Origin: Planctomycetales bacterium
GTDB taxonomy: Bacteria; 4484-113
Length of the DNA: 15,829 nucleotides
NCBI GenBank assembly: GCA_037445915.1
Contig: JBBIJQ010000044.1
Coordinates: 1 to 15,829, forward strand
Direction: 5' to 3'
Shown: piece after piece, positions 6,117-14,776 of the stretch
Numbering within the stretch: the stretch's first letter is position 1
Layout of the letters: each line of letters begins with the position of its first letter
Program-made: the position numbers and the translations under genes
Notes under the pieces: generated by a model
Told to the model about the DNA's origin: nothing
Seen by the model: only the letters and a program-made list of their open reading frames with translations
Databases searched by the model: none

Positions 6117-8324
6117 TTGAAAGCACTCGTACTGCGAATTGCAGGACTTGACTGCGCTGAAGAAGTTTCCGCGCTTAAGAGAACTGTAGGCGCGCTTCCC
6201 GGCATAGCCAGCCTGGACTTTGACATCTTCAACGCGAAGATGTCCGTCACTTTTGATCCCTCGCTAACGAGTGAGGACTCAATTGCGCTTGCCGTCCGCA
6301 AGGCGGGCCTGTCTAGCCAGCCTTATTCCTGCGCCAGTCCCGGAAAAGCCTGCATGGCCGGTGAATCCCTGCACCGCAATACGCGCGTAATGGCGTGCGC
6401 GCTCAGCGGCGCACTGCTCTTTGCAGGCACGGCCACGCATTACGCGATGCACCCTAGTATCATGGATGTCATTGCGGGCTGCGAAGGGATGCTTGAGCAT
6501 GAATATCCCCTGGCGGTCATTGTGCTTTACGTGTGCGCGGTTATAAGCGGCGCATGGTTCGTTGCCCCTAAGGCGTTCCTCTCCTTGCGCAACCTCCGGC
6601 CTGATATGAACTTGCTGATGTCGCTGGCGGTCATCGGCGCGATGGCTATCGGGCAGTGGTTTGAGGCGGCGACGGTTAGCTTTCTCTTTGCCCTCGCGCT
6701 GCTTCTTGAGGCATGGAGCGTAGGCCGGGCGCGCCGCGCAATCCGCGCCCTGATGCAACTCGCGCCTCCTACTGCGCGGGTAGTGTCCCAGCATCACGGC
6801 GATGAAATAGTTAAGCCGATAGAGGAAGTGCCGGCCGGCTCACTCGTCCGGGTTAGGCCTGGCGAGCGCATACCGCTGGACGGCATTGTCGCCAGCGGTT
6901 GTACGAGCGTAAACCAAGCGCCCATAACCGGCGAGTCTTTCCCAGTCGCGAAAGACCCTGGCGATGAAGTGCTAGCAGGCACTGTAAATAATGAAGGGGC
7001 GTTTGACTTCTCGGTAACCAAAGCTTCAGCAGACACGACGCTGGCTCGGATAATCAGGCTTGTTGAAGATGCCCAGTCTCGCCGCGCGCCAAGCGAGCGC
7101 TGGGTGGAACGCTTCGCGTTTTATTACACGCCGGCAATGTTTGCCTTCGCGTTCCTGGTAGCGACGCTCCCGCCGCTCATCTTTGACGGCGATTGGGCGC
7201 GCTGGTTCTACCAGGCGCTGGTGATACTTGTCATCGCCTGCCCGTGCGCGCTGGTCATCGCCACGCCGGTGAGTATAGTCGCTGGGCTGGCAGCCGCCGC
7301 GCGGGCCGGCGTGCTGATTAAAGGCGGGGCGTTCCTGGAAACACCTGCGAGGCTGCGCGCGATTGCGATGGATAAAACTGGCACGCTCACCAAGGGGCAG
7401 CCTGAAGTGCAGCTTGTCGTTTCAATCAATGAGCATACCGAAGATGAACTGCTTGCGCGCGCCGCCGGCTTGGAAGCATTCAGCGAGCACCCGCTCGCGG
7501 AAGCCATCCGTAGGCGGGCGGAGTGCGGCGGCGTGACTGCGCTGAAGGCGGAGGGCTTCCGGGCAGTGCGCGGGCTGGGCGCGGAGGCGCGGATTAATGG
7601 GCGCGATTACTGGGTTGGCAGCCACCGATTCATGGAAGAGAAAGGAAACGAAACCCCAGGCTACTGCAACCTCGCACGCGAGTTTGAGGCTATGGGGCAT
7701 ACTGTGGTTGCGGTCGGAAGCGACCGGCACGTCTGCGGGCTAATCAGCGTTTCTGACGAAGTGCGCCCGGTGGCGAAAGACGCAGTCGCGGGGCTGAAGC
7801 GCGCCGGCATCTTGCGAGTAGTAATGCTCACTGGCGACCATGAAGGCACGGCATCGGCAGTCGCCAGCGAGACCGGCGTGGACGAATACCGCGCCAATTT
7901 GCTGCCGGAAGACAAGGTGCAGGCGGTTGAGGAGCTTGTCGCGCAGTACCGCTTTGTCGGAATGGTAGGCGACGGAGTGAACGACGCGCCAGCGATGGCT
8001 GCTTCCACCGTGGGCATAGCGATGGGCGCAATCGGCACGGATGCTGCGCTGGAAACCGCTGACATCGCGCTAATGTCTGACGACCTTACAAAGCTGGAAT
8101 GGCTTATCGGCCATTCGCGCCGCACGCTCGCGGTCATAAAGCAAAACATATGGTTCGCGCTCGGCATAAAGACCGCGTTTATGGCCTTGGCGTTTGCCGG
8201 GCTGGCGACACTCTGGATGGCGATAGCCGCCGACACCGGAGTTTCATTGCTCGTCATATTTAATAGCCTGCGCCTGCTAAATGGGAGGACGCGCCAAAAT
8301 GCAAACGCTGCTTTTGAAGATTGA
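6117..8324 (+). CDS. Heavy-metal translocating P1B-type ATPase (P1B-2, CadA/ZntA-like)
   Basis: Likely TTG start 1 nt after the perR stop (MKALVLRIAGLDCAEEV, HMA domain with CxxE). TGES, CPC in the transmembrane site, DKTGT, SEHPLA, TGD, GDGVNDAP. Lys in QNIWFALGIK and DTG in the last helix are P1B-2 signatures. Confidence 0.92.
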   Translation: MKALVLRIAGLDCAEEVSALKRTVGALPGIASLDFDIFNAKMSVTFDPSLTSEDSIALAVRKAGLSSQPYSCASPGKACMAGESLHRNTRVMACALSGALLFAGTATHYAMHPSIMDVIAGCEGMLEHEYPLAVIVLYVCAVISGAWFVAPKAFLSLRNLRPDMNLLMSLAVIGAMAIGQWFEAATVSFLFALALLLEAWSVGRARRAIRALMQLAPPTARVVSQHHGDEIVKPIEEVPAGSLVRVRPGERIPLDGIVASGCTSVNQAPITGESFPVAKDPGDEVLAGTVNNEGAFDFSVTKASADTTLARIIRLVEDAQSRRAPSERWVERFAFYYTPAMFAFAFLVATLPPLIFDGDWARWFYQALVILVIACPCALVIATPVSIVAGLAAAARAGVLIKGGAFLETPARLRAIAMDKTGTLTKGQPEVQLVVSINEHTEDELLARAAGLEAFSEHPLAEAIRRRAECGGVTALKAEGFRAVRGLGAEARINGRDYWVGSHRFMEEKGNETPGYCNLAREFEAMGHTVVAVGSDRHVCGLISVSDEVRPVAKDAVAGLKRAGILRVVMLTGDHEGTASAVASETGVDEYRANLLPEDKVQAVEELVAQYRFVGMVGDGVNDAPAMAASTVGIAMGAIGTDAALETADIALMSDDLTKLEWLIGHSRRTLAVIKQNIWFALGIKTAFMALAFAGLATLWMAIAADTGVSLLVIFNSLRLLNGRTRQNANAAFED

Positions 8325-8517
8325 AGGGATGAGTTGCAGCCACTGCGTGATGGGAATAAGAAAAGCCCTTGAGGGCTGCGCAGGGGTAAATAACGCCGAA
8401 GTTGACATAGCCTCCGCAAGTGCAATTGTCACTGGCGAGGGTATAACTATTGCGGAGTTAATCCGCTCTGTTGAAGATGCCGGTTACCTGGCGCAGGAAA
8501 AAACTAACAACAACTAA
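8299..8517 (+). CDS. Heavy-metal-associated (HMA) domain protein, CopZ-like chaperone
   Basis: ATG 8299 after GGGAGG RBS; MQTLLLKIEGMSCSHCV...VEDAGY with GMxCxxC motif. Overlaps the ATPase 3' end by 26 nt. Confidence 0.88.
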   Translation: MQTLLLKIEGMSCSHCVMGIRKALEGCAGVNNAEVDIASASAIVTGEGITIAELIRSVEDAGYLAQEKTNNN

Positions 8518-8530
8518 CAGGAGGACGGTA

Positions 8531-9103
8531 ATGGAATTAAAGGGAACGAAGACCGAGAAGAACTTGGTTGCCGCATTCGCCGGCGAATCGCAGGCGCGCA
8601 ACCGCTACACCTACTTCGCCGCCCAGGCAAAGAAGGAAGGCTACGATCAAATCAGCTTCATCTTTGAAGAAACTGCCAACCAAGAGAAGGAACACGCCAA
8701 GCGGCTGTTCAAACTCCTCCAAGGCGGCGATGTGGAGATAACCGGCAGCTTCCCCGCCGGGCGGATTTGCTCCACGAAGGAGAACTTGTTGGACGCGGCG
8801 GCTGGCGAGCAGCATGAGTGTGGCTTCATGTATCCTGACTTTGCCAAAACTGCGCGCGAGGAAGGCTTCCCTGACATCGCGGACATCTTCATGGCAATCG
8901 CCGTCGCCGAGAAACAGCACGAAAAGCGTTTCCGGGATTTGGCTGCGAACATAGAGAAGTGCCGCGTGTTCAAGCGAGAGCAGAAGTCCGCGTGGCGCTG
9001 CCGCAATTGCGGCTACTTGCACGAGGGAAATGAAGCGCCGGAACAGTGCCCAGCGTGCGCGCACCCGCAGGCGCACTTTGAGTTGCTTGGCGAGAACTGG
9101 TAA
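8531..9103 (+). CDS. rbr: Rubrerythrin
   Basis: ATG 8531 after AGGAGG. LKGTKTEKNL..AFAGESQARNRYTYFA, QEKEH, GEQHE, AEKQHE diiron ligands. C-terminal rubredoxin-like WRCRNCG..CPACAHP. Confidence 0.95.
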   Translation: MELKGTKTEKNLVAAFAGESQARNRYTYFAAQAKKEGYDQISFIFEETANQEKEHAKRLFKLLQGGDVEITGSFPAGRICSTKENLLDAAAGEQHECGFMYPDFAKTAREEGFPDIADIFMAIAVAEKQHEKRFRDLAANIEKCRVFKREQKSAWRCRNCGYLHEGNEAPEQCPACAHPQAHFELLGENW

Positions 9104-9147
9104 ACCTGCCGCTTCGCAGAAGCGGAATTGTAGGCTGGGAGAATACT

Positions 9148-9660
9148 GTGAATGAACGAACTGGTATCGTAACTTTTCTCGGCAGCCCGCTCACCCTGAT
9201 AGGCGGGGAAATCAAGGTCGGCGATAAAGCGCCTGGCTTCACGCTGCTGGACAACGGCCTCGCGCCGGTGAAGCTGTCCGATTACGCTGGCAGGAAGCTC
9301 ATCATTTCCTCCGTCCCGTCGCTGGACACGCCAGTCTGTGACATTGAGACTCGCCGCTTCAATGCAGAAGCCGCTAACCTGCCGGATGTGGCAATCCTTA
9401 CCGTCAGCATGGACTTGCCCTTTGCGCAGAAGCGATGGTGCGGCGCTGCTGGCATTGACAGTGTCGCAACCCTCTCCGATCACCGCGAAGCTTCTTTCGG
9501 CGTCGCATACGGGGTGCTCATTAAAGAGCTGCGCCTGCTCGCCAGGTGCATCTTTGTGATAGACAGCGGAGGCATCGTTCGCTACATTCAGCTCGTGAAT
9601 GAAGTGACGCACGAGCCTGATTACGGCGCCGTGCTTGAGGCCGCTTCCAAGCTGGCCTGA
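9148..9660 (+). CDS. tpx: Thiol peroxidase (Tpx-type atypical 2-Cys peroxiredoxin)
   Basis: GTG start after GGGAG. SVPSLDTPVC (peroxidatic Cys), SMDLPFAQKRWC (resolving Cys), LLAR, EPDY. Confidence 0.93.
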   Translation: MNERTGIVTFLGSPLTLIGGEIKVGDKAPGFTLLDNGLAPVKLSDYAGRKLIISSVPSLDTPVCDIETRRFNAEAANLPDVAILTVSMDLPFAQKRWCGAAGIDSVATLSDHREASFGVAYGVLIKELRLLARCIFVIDSGGIVRYIQLVNEVTHEPDYGAVLEAASKLA

Positions 9661-9720
9661 TAGCGCCGCGCAAGCATTGCGACCGCAAAAGACTATTGAC
9701 ATTAATTTGGAGGTGTCGCT

Positions 9721-10095
9721 ATGGCGGCCCGGTTGGAAGTTTACAAGTGCGAAGTGTGCGGAAACATCATTGAAGTCCTGCACGGCGGAGCCGGCCAGCT
9801 CGTATGCTGCGGCCAGCCGATGAAACTGATGCAGGAAAACACCGTTGACGCTGCGTTGGAAAAGCATGTCCCTGTTATGGAGCAGGCTGGCGGCGGCGTA
9901 ACGGTCAAGGTTGGCAGCGTCCCCCACCCGATGCTTGAAGAGCATTTCATTGAGTTCATTGAGATCATCGGCGGGGATAAGCTTTGCCGCATCTGGCTTA
10001 AGCCCGGCATGGCTCCCGAGGCTGTGTTTGACGGGATGATGGGCGAGGCTTTCGCCCGAGAATACTGCAACATTCACGGATTGTGGAAGGGGTAG
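9721..10095 (+). CDS. dfx: Desulfoferrodoxin (2Fe superoxide reductase)
   Basis: [22 protein letters not shown] desulforedoxin site; [25 protein letters not shown] catalytic site. Confidence 0.95.
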   Translation: MAARLEVYKCEVCGNIIEVLHGGAGQLVCCGQPMKLMQENTVDAALEKHVPVMEQAGGGVTVKVGSVPHPMLEEHFIEFIEIIGGDKLCRIWLKPGMAPEAVFDGMMGEAFAREYCNIHGLWKG

Positions 10096-10099
10096 TAAG

Positions 10100-10639
10100 A
10101 TGAACGAGAAAGTCCTGAAAGCTCTTAACGGCCAAGTCAATATGGAGCTCTACTCGGCGTACCTCTACTACGCGATGGCGGGCTACATGCAGTCCATCAA
10201 CTTGCCGGGCTTCTGCCGATGGCTGGAAGTGCAGGCGATGGAAGAGGTTTACCACGCGTTCAAGCTTTACCGCTTCATCAACGAGAAGCGCGGGCGCCCG
10301 GTGATGCAGCCGATTGAGGGCCCTCCCAACGAATGGGCTTCACCCTTGGAGGCTTTTGAGGCCGCCTTCGCGCACGAGCAGAAAGTTACCGCAAGCATCA
10401 ACAACATCGTTGACCTTGCCGCCAAGGAGAAAGAGTTCGCCACCGTTGCCTTCCTCCAGTGGTACGTGGCTGAACAAGTAGAAGAAGAGGCGAGCGCCGA
10501 CGCTGTCGTGCAGAACTTGAAGATGGCTGGCGGCGCCGGGCAGGCGTTGATGATGTTGGACCGCGAAATGGCTGCGCGCGCGTTCGCCATTCCGCAGGAA
10601 ATGGCGGCTTACGTGAGCGCAGGCGGCGGAGCAGCCTGA
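10100..10639 (+). CDS. ftn: Non-heme ferritin
   Basis: LNGQVNMELYSAYLY, EEVYHA, HEQKVT, FLQWYVAEQVEEE ferroxidase-centre residues; LDREM. Confidence 0.93.
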   Translation: MNEKVLKALNGQVNMELYSAYLYYAMAGYMQSINLPGFCRWLEVQAMEEVYHAFKLYRFINEKRGRPVMQPIEGPPNEWASPLEAFEAAFAHEQKVTASINNIVDLAAKEKEFATVAFLQWYVAEQVEEEASADAVVQNLKMAGGAGQALMMLDREMAARAFAIPQEMAAYVSAGGGAA

Positions 10640-10640
10640 A

Positions 10641-11966
10641 ATGGATGCCGTGCTGCTGGCGCGAATCCAGTTCGCGTTCACCGTTGGCTTCCACTTTATC
10701 TTCCCGCCGCTGAGCATAGGGCTGGCATGGCTGCTGTTCTGGATAATGACGCGCTGGATCGCGACCGGCGACGCGCTTTACTACCGAATGGCGCGCTTCT
10801 GGCTGAAGCTGCTGGCCATCACATTCGTAATGGGCGTTGCAACGGGCATCACGATGGAGTTCCAGTTCGGCGCGAACTGGTCGGAATATAGCCGCTTCGT
10901 CGGCGATGTTTTCGGCGCTCCGCTGGCGGCGGAAGGCATCTTCGCTTTCTTCCTGGAGTCGGTCTTCATCGGCGTGCTCATCTTCGGCTGGAAAAGGTTC
11001 AGCAACAAAGCGATGTGGCTCGCTTCGCTAATGGTAGCGTTCGGCGCGACCATTTCAGCGTTCTGGATAATCGTCGCCAACTCATGGCAGCAAACGCCCG
11101 CAGGCTACGCCATCGTCGGTGGCCGCGCTGAACTCACGAACTTCTGGGAAGCGGTTTTCAACCCTTCAACGCTTCCCCGCTACTTCCATACACTTGACGG
11201 CGCCCTAATCACCGGCGCGTTTTTTATGATGGGCGTCAGCGCGTGGTTTCTGCTACGCGGCGAGCACGCTGAGTTCGCGAAAAAGTCGCTTGTGTTTTCG
11301 CTCGCGCTCGCGCTGGCCGCTTCGCTCCTCCAGCTCCCGCTGGGACACTGGCACGCGGTGCAAGTCGCCAAGACTCAGCCTGTCAAGCTTGCGGCTATGG
11401 AAGGCCTGTTCACAACGCAAACGCGCGCCCCAATCCTGCTCTTTGGCATACCTGACGCTGGGCAGCAGAAGGTGCATTTCGCAGTTCAAGTGCCTGGATT
11501 GCTCAGCCTGCTCGCGCACAACAGCATTGACGCGGAAGTCGCAGGGCTTGACTCAGTGCCGCGCAGGGACTGGCCGCCGCTTGCGCTCACTTTCTATCCG
11601 TTCCATTTGATGGTGCTGCTGGGGCTTTACTTCATTGCGCTGACTATGCTGGGTGCTTTCCTCTACTGGCGCAAGCAGCTTTTTACTTACCGCCCTTATC
11701 TTTGGCTTGCGCTGTTTTCAATCCCCCTGCCCTTTTTGAGCAACGAGCTAGGCTGGATTACCGCCGAAGTGGGCCGCCAGCCCTGGGCCGTTTACGGGTT
11801 GCTGCGCACGAGCGATGCGGTTTCGGTGACCGTGCCAGCTTGGCAGATTATGCTTTCGCTGGCTATGTTTGTCGCCCTCTACTCTTTTCTGTTCGCAGTG
11901 TGGCTTTATCTAGTGCGAAGGACTATCGGCGCTGGGCCTGAAGGCAGCAGGGAGGCGGCAAAATGA
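10641..11966 (+). CDS. cydA: Cytochrome bd quinol oxidase subunit I (short Q-loop)
   Basis: LARIQFAFTVGFHFIFP, GITMEFQFG.NWS.YS, LAAEG..FFLES, ANSWQQTPAG, YFHT, QPVKLAAMEG, FHLMV, GWITAEVGRQPW; 441 aa. Confidence 0.96.
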   Translation: MDAVLLARIQFAFTVGFHFIFPPLSIGLAWLLFWIMTRWIATGDALYYRMARFWLKLLAITFVMGVATGITMEFQFGANWSEYSRFVGDVFGAPLAAEGIFAFFLESVFIGVLIFGWKRFSNKAMWLASLMVAFGATISAFWIIVANSWQQTPAGYAIVGGRAELTNFWEAVFNPSTLPRYFHTLDGALITGAFFMMGVSAWFLLRGEHAEFAKKSLVFSLALALAASLLQLPLGHWHAVQVAKTQPVKLAAMEGLFTTQTRAPILLFGIPDAGQQKVHFAVQVPGLLSLLAHNSIDAEVAGLDSVPRRDWPPLALTFYPFHLMVLLGLYFIALTMLGAFLYWRKQLFTYRPYLWLALFSIPLPFLSNELGWITAEVGRQPWAVYGLLRTSDAVSVTVPAWQIMLSLAMFVALYSFLFAVWLYLVRRTIGAGPEGSREAAK

Positions 11967-12976
11967 GCGAGCTGCAAATCACCTGGTTCTTCATTATCGC
12001 GCTGCTGCTGGCAGTTTATGCAGTGCTTGACGGCTTTGACCTGGGTGTAGGCATCTGGCACCTCTTCGCCAAAGGCGACGGCGAACGCCGCTCGCTCTTG
12101 AACATCATCGGGCCGGTTTGGGACGGCAATGAAGTCTGGCTGGTCACCGGCGGCGGCGCGCTCTTCGCGGCATTTCCGCATGTTTACGCGACGGTTTTCA
12201 GTGCGATGTATATTCCGCTGATGCTCGTGCTGCTAGGGCTTATCTTGCGCGCAGTTTCCATTGAGTTTCGTAGCCACGAGGAGTCCCCGGCGTGGCGGGG
12301 CAAGTGGGATGCCGCATTCGCATTTGGCAGCGCGCTCCCAGCGCTGCTTTTTGGCGTAGCCATGGGCAATATCCTGCGCGGCATGCCGGTCGGCGTTTCC
12401 CGCAACTTTGAGGGAACGCTGCTGACGCTGCTCAACCCCTATGCGCTGCTCATCGGGCTCACCGGTTTTGTGATGCTGGCGATGCACGGCGCGCTGTTCA
12501 TCGCACTGAACGCGGAAGGCGAGCTTGCCTCGCGCGCGCGGAGGTGGGCGCAAGCGGCATGGATGGCGTTTATCGCCCTGCTCATCGCCTCATTAGCCGC
12601 CAGCCTTTTACTGCCGCAGCTTCGCCTCAACTACGAGGCATTCCCGCTATTGTGGGCGCTGCCAGCCAGCGTGCTGGCCTGCGCGGTTGCGGCAGGTATC
12701 TTAAGCATGCGAGGGGTGGCTCTCGCAGCGTTCATCGCCTCGTCGCTCACAGTGTTCGGCACGATGGCCCTCGTTATGGCTTCCATATTCCCCAGGATGG
12801 TGTATTCGCTGGGCAAGCCGGGGCTAAGCCTCACCGTCGCCAACGCGTCCTCGTCTGAAAGGACGCTTGGTGTGATGCTTATCATGGCGCTTATTGGGAT
12901 GCCGATCGTCATCGGGTATACTATCTGGGTTTACCGCGTTTTCTTCGGCGCGAAGAGTGCGGAGAACGGCTACTAA
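11963..12976 (+). CDS. cydB: Cytochrome bd quinol oxidase subunit II
   Basis: YAVLDGFDLGVG, GPVWDGNEVWLV.GGGALFAAFP, RAVSIEFR, GVAMGN. ATGA overlap with cydA. Confidence 0.96.
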   Translation: MSELQITWFFIIALLLAVYAVLDGFDLGVGIWHLFAKGDGERRSLLNIIGPVWDGNEVWLVTGGGALFAAFPHVYATVFSAMYIPLMLVLLGLILRAVSIEFRSHEESPAWRGKWDAAFAFGSALPALLFGVAMGNILRGMPVGVSRNFEGTLLTLLNPYALLIGLTGFVMLAMHGALFIALNAEGELASRARRWAQAAWMAFIALLIASLAASLLLPQLRLNYEAFPLLWALPASVLACAVAAGILSMRGVALAAFIASSLTVFGTMALVMASIFPRMVYSLGKPGLSLTVANASSSERTLGVMLIMALIGMPIVIGYTIWVYRVFFGAKSAENGY

Positions 12977-13039
12977 CTGCCACAAGCACTTATTTTTCTG
13001 GCAGCCGTGAGCTGCCGAAGTTTACCGGAGGTAATTGTC

Positions 13040-13495
13040 GTGGAGCAGGTTAACTTTCAGCAGGCAATGAAGTACGCCATCGTGAAAGAAAAAGAGGCGG
13101 CTACCCTTTATATCCGCATGGCAAACATTTCCGTGGATGTGCTGGCAAAATCCTTTCTCATGGAGATGTCGCAGGAAGAAGTCCGGCATGAGCAGATGCT
13201 TATTGCCTTAACAGAGCGCGGCTCTTTGGAAGGCATTGAGTTCACTCACCCGCCGGACATGCAGATCGTTGAATACCTTAAGCCTACCAAACCTGCGCCG
13301 GAGATGAACTACCAGGAAGCTTTGCTGTTCGCCGCGCAGCGCGAAAAGGAAGCCTCGGAATACTATTCGCACCTCGCAGGCCTGGTTGCCGACCCCGATG
13401 CCAAAGGGCTTTTCGCCAGTTTGTCTAGTTGGGAGCTGGGGCATAAGGCTAAGGTTGAAAGCGAATACGAACGCTACTTTATGCCGGAAAATTAA
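13040..13495 (+). CDS. Ferritin-like diiron four-helix protein (rubrerythrin domain without rubredoxin module)
   Basis: GTG 13040 after GGAGGT RBS. Duplicated pattern AIVKEKEAATLY..EEVRH and AAQREKEASEYY..WELGH (E..Y..ExxH twice). No CxxC. Confidence 0.85.
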   Translation: MEQVNFQQAMKYAIVKEKEAATLYIRMANISVDVLAKSFLMEMSQEEVRHEQMLIALTERGSLEGIEFTHPPDMQIVEYLKPTKPAPEMNYQEALLFAAQREKEASEYYSHLAGLVADPDAKGLFASLSSWELGHKAKVESEYERYFMPEN

Positions 13496-13564
13496 GCGCC
13501 TTCGCATAGCGTTGGCTGCTCCGCACAGCTGCGCCTTAGCGCGCGGCTGCTATTGAGGTAAACA

Positions 13565-14752
13565 ATGAGACCACGTGAACTTAAGCCTGGAATACACTTC
13601 GTCGGCGCGGTTGACTGGGACCGCAGGCTCTTTGACGAGCTAATCCCCCTCCCAGACGGCACAAGCTACAACTCTTACTTCGTGAGCGGGAGCGACAAGA
13701 CTGCCCTTATTGACACTGTTGACCCTGCGATGTGGCATGTCCTCAAGGCGAACCTTGATAGCCTCAGCAATCCTCGCATAGACTATGTCGTATGCCACCA
13801 CGCCGAGCAGGACCATTCAGGCTGCATCCCCCTTATATTGGAGCTTTATCCCGAAGCTATCGTGCTTTGCACGCTGAAGTGCAAGGGCATGATTGCTGAC
13901 CACTTGAATGTGCCGGATGCCCGGGTGCGCGAGGTGGCCGATGGCGAAGTCATTGACCTTGGCGGCAAATCGCTTCGCTTCATTCACTCGCCATGGGTGC
14001 ATTGGCCTGAAACGATGATGACTTATGTCGCGGAAGACAAACTGCTTTTTCCCTGCGATTTCCTTGGCTCGCACCTTGCCACGAGCAGCCTCTATGCCAG
14101 CAGTAATGAATCCACGCTCCACTCCGCCAAGCGCTATTACGCTGAGATAATGATGCCCTTCAGGCCGATGGTAAAACGGCACCTCGCCACGTTGCGCAAG
14201 CTGGACATTGAAATAATCGCGCCTAGCCACGGGCCGGTTCACGACGTTCCCGAGATGATTTTCGCAGCATACGAGGATTGGACTTCCGATGCCGTTGCCA
14301 ACGAAGTGGTGCTTTCGTTCGTCTCAATGCACGGCAGCACAAAACTCATGGTTGATTACCTCACGTCCGCGCTCGTGGAAAGAGGCGTGACTGTCAAGCG
14401 CTTTGACCTTGCGCGGAGCGATATCGGTGAACTTGCAATGGCGCTCGTTGACGCGGCAACGGTCGTTCTCGGCACGCCGACCGTGCTTGGCGGACCGCAC
14501 CCGCTCGCGGTTTACGCCGCGTTCCTCGTGGGCGCGCTGAGGCCGAAAACAAGATATGCCGCTGTCATCGGCTCGTTCGGTTGGGGCGGGCGCACGGTTG
14601 AGAAGGTCTCAGCGCTAGTCGGCGACCTGGGCTTGGAGCTGCTTGAGCCTGTCTTGGCGAAGGGGCTTCCTGTTGAAGCTGATTACGCAGCGCTGGATAG
14701 GCTTGCAGAAGCTATTGCGCAAAAACACTCGGGCTTGGACAAGCCCGCATAG
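13565..14752 (+). CDS. fprA: Flavodiiron protein (class A FprA; O2/NO reductase)
   Basis: GTSYNSY, TALIDTV, HHAEQDHSG, VHWPE, CDFLG, IAPSHG (metallo-beta-lactamase diiron domain); SMHGST, GTPT, GSFGWGG (flavodoxin domain). Confidence 0.95.
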   Translation: MRPRELKPGIHFVGAVDWDRRLFDELIPLPDGTSYNSYFVSGSDKTALIDTVDPAMWHVLKANLDSLSNPRIDYVVCHHAEQDHSGCIPLILELYPEAIVLCTLKCKGMIADHLNVPDARVREVADGEVIDLGGKSLRFIHSPWVHWPETMMTYVAEDKLLFPCDFLGSHLATSSLYASSNESTLHSAKRYYAEIMMPFRPMVKRHLATLRKLDIEIIAPSHGPVHDVPEMIFAAYEDWTSDAVANEVVLSFVSMHGSTKLMVDYLTSALVERGVTVKRFDLARSDIGELAMALVDAATVVLGTPTVLGGPHPLAVYAAFLVGALRPKTRYAAVIGSFGWGGRTVEKVSALVGDLGLELLEPVLAKGLPVEADYAALDRLAEAIAQKHSGLDKPA

Positions 14753-14776
14753 CCACGCTATACATGGAGGAATAAG

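Noticed and set aside
7661..8425. 254-aa minus-strand ORF and other short ORFs inside the ATPase, EF-G2, cydAB and fprA
   Set aside because: Ser/Ala/Pro/Arg-rich antisense or off-frame translations of well-supported genes.
8471..8530. Upstream starts given by the track for rbr (8471); likewise HMA protein (8281), DUF438 (4354) and ferritin-like (13007)
   Set aside because: Downstream starts (8531, 8299, 4384, 13040) have proper RBSs and match family N-termini.
9696..9701. Perfect TTGACA upstream of dfx (CTATTGAC also occurs at the perR promoter)
   Set aside because: The matching -10 position falls on the dfx start codon and is poor (CTATGG/TATGGC), so it is not supportable as an internal promoter. 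The 8-mer recurrence may be chance.
9013..10140. 375-aa minus-strand ORF
   Set aside because: Antisense shadow of rbr/tpx/dfx/ftn, which have clear motifs and RBSs. No recognisable domain, and long shadow ORFs are expected in GC-rich coding DNA.
12977..13039. Possible cydX/cydS small subunit after cydB
   Set aside because: The 63-nt gap has no suitable start, RBS or hydrophobic ORF.
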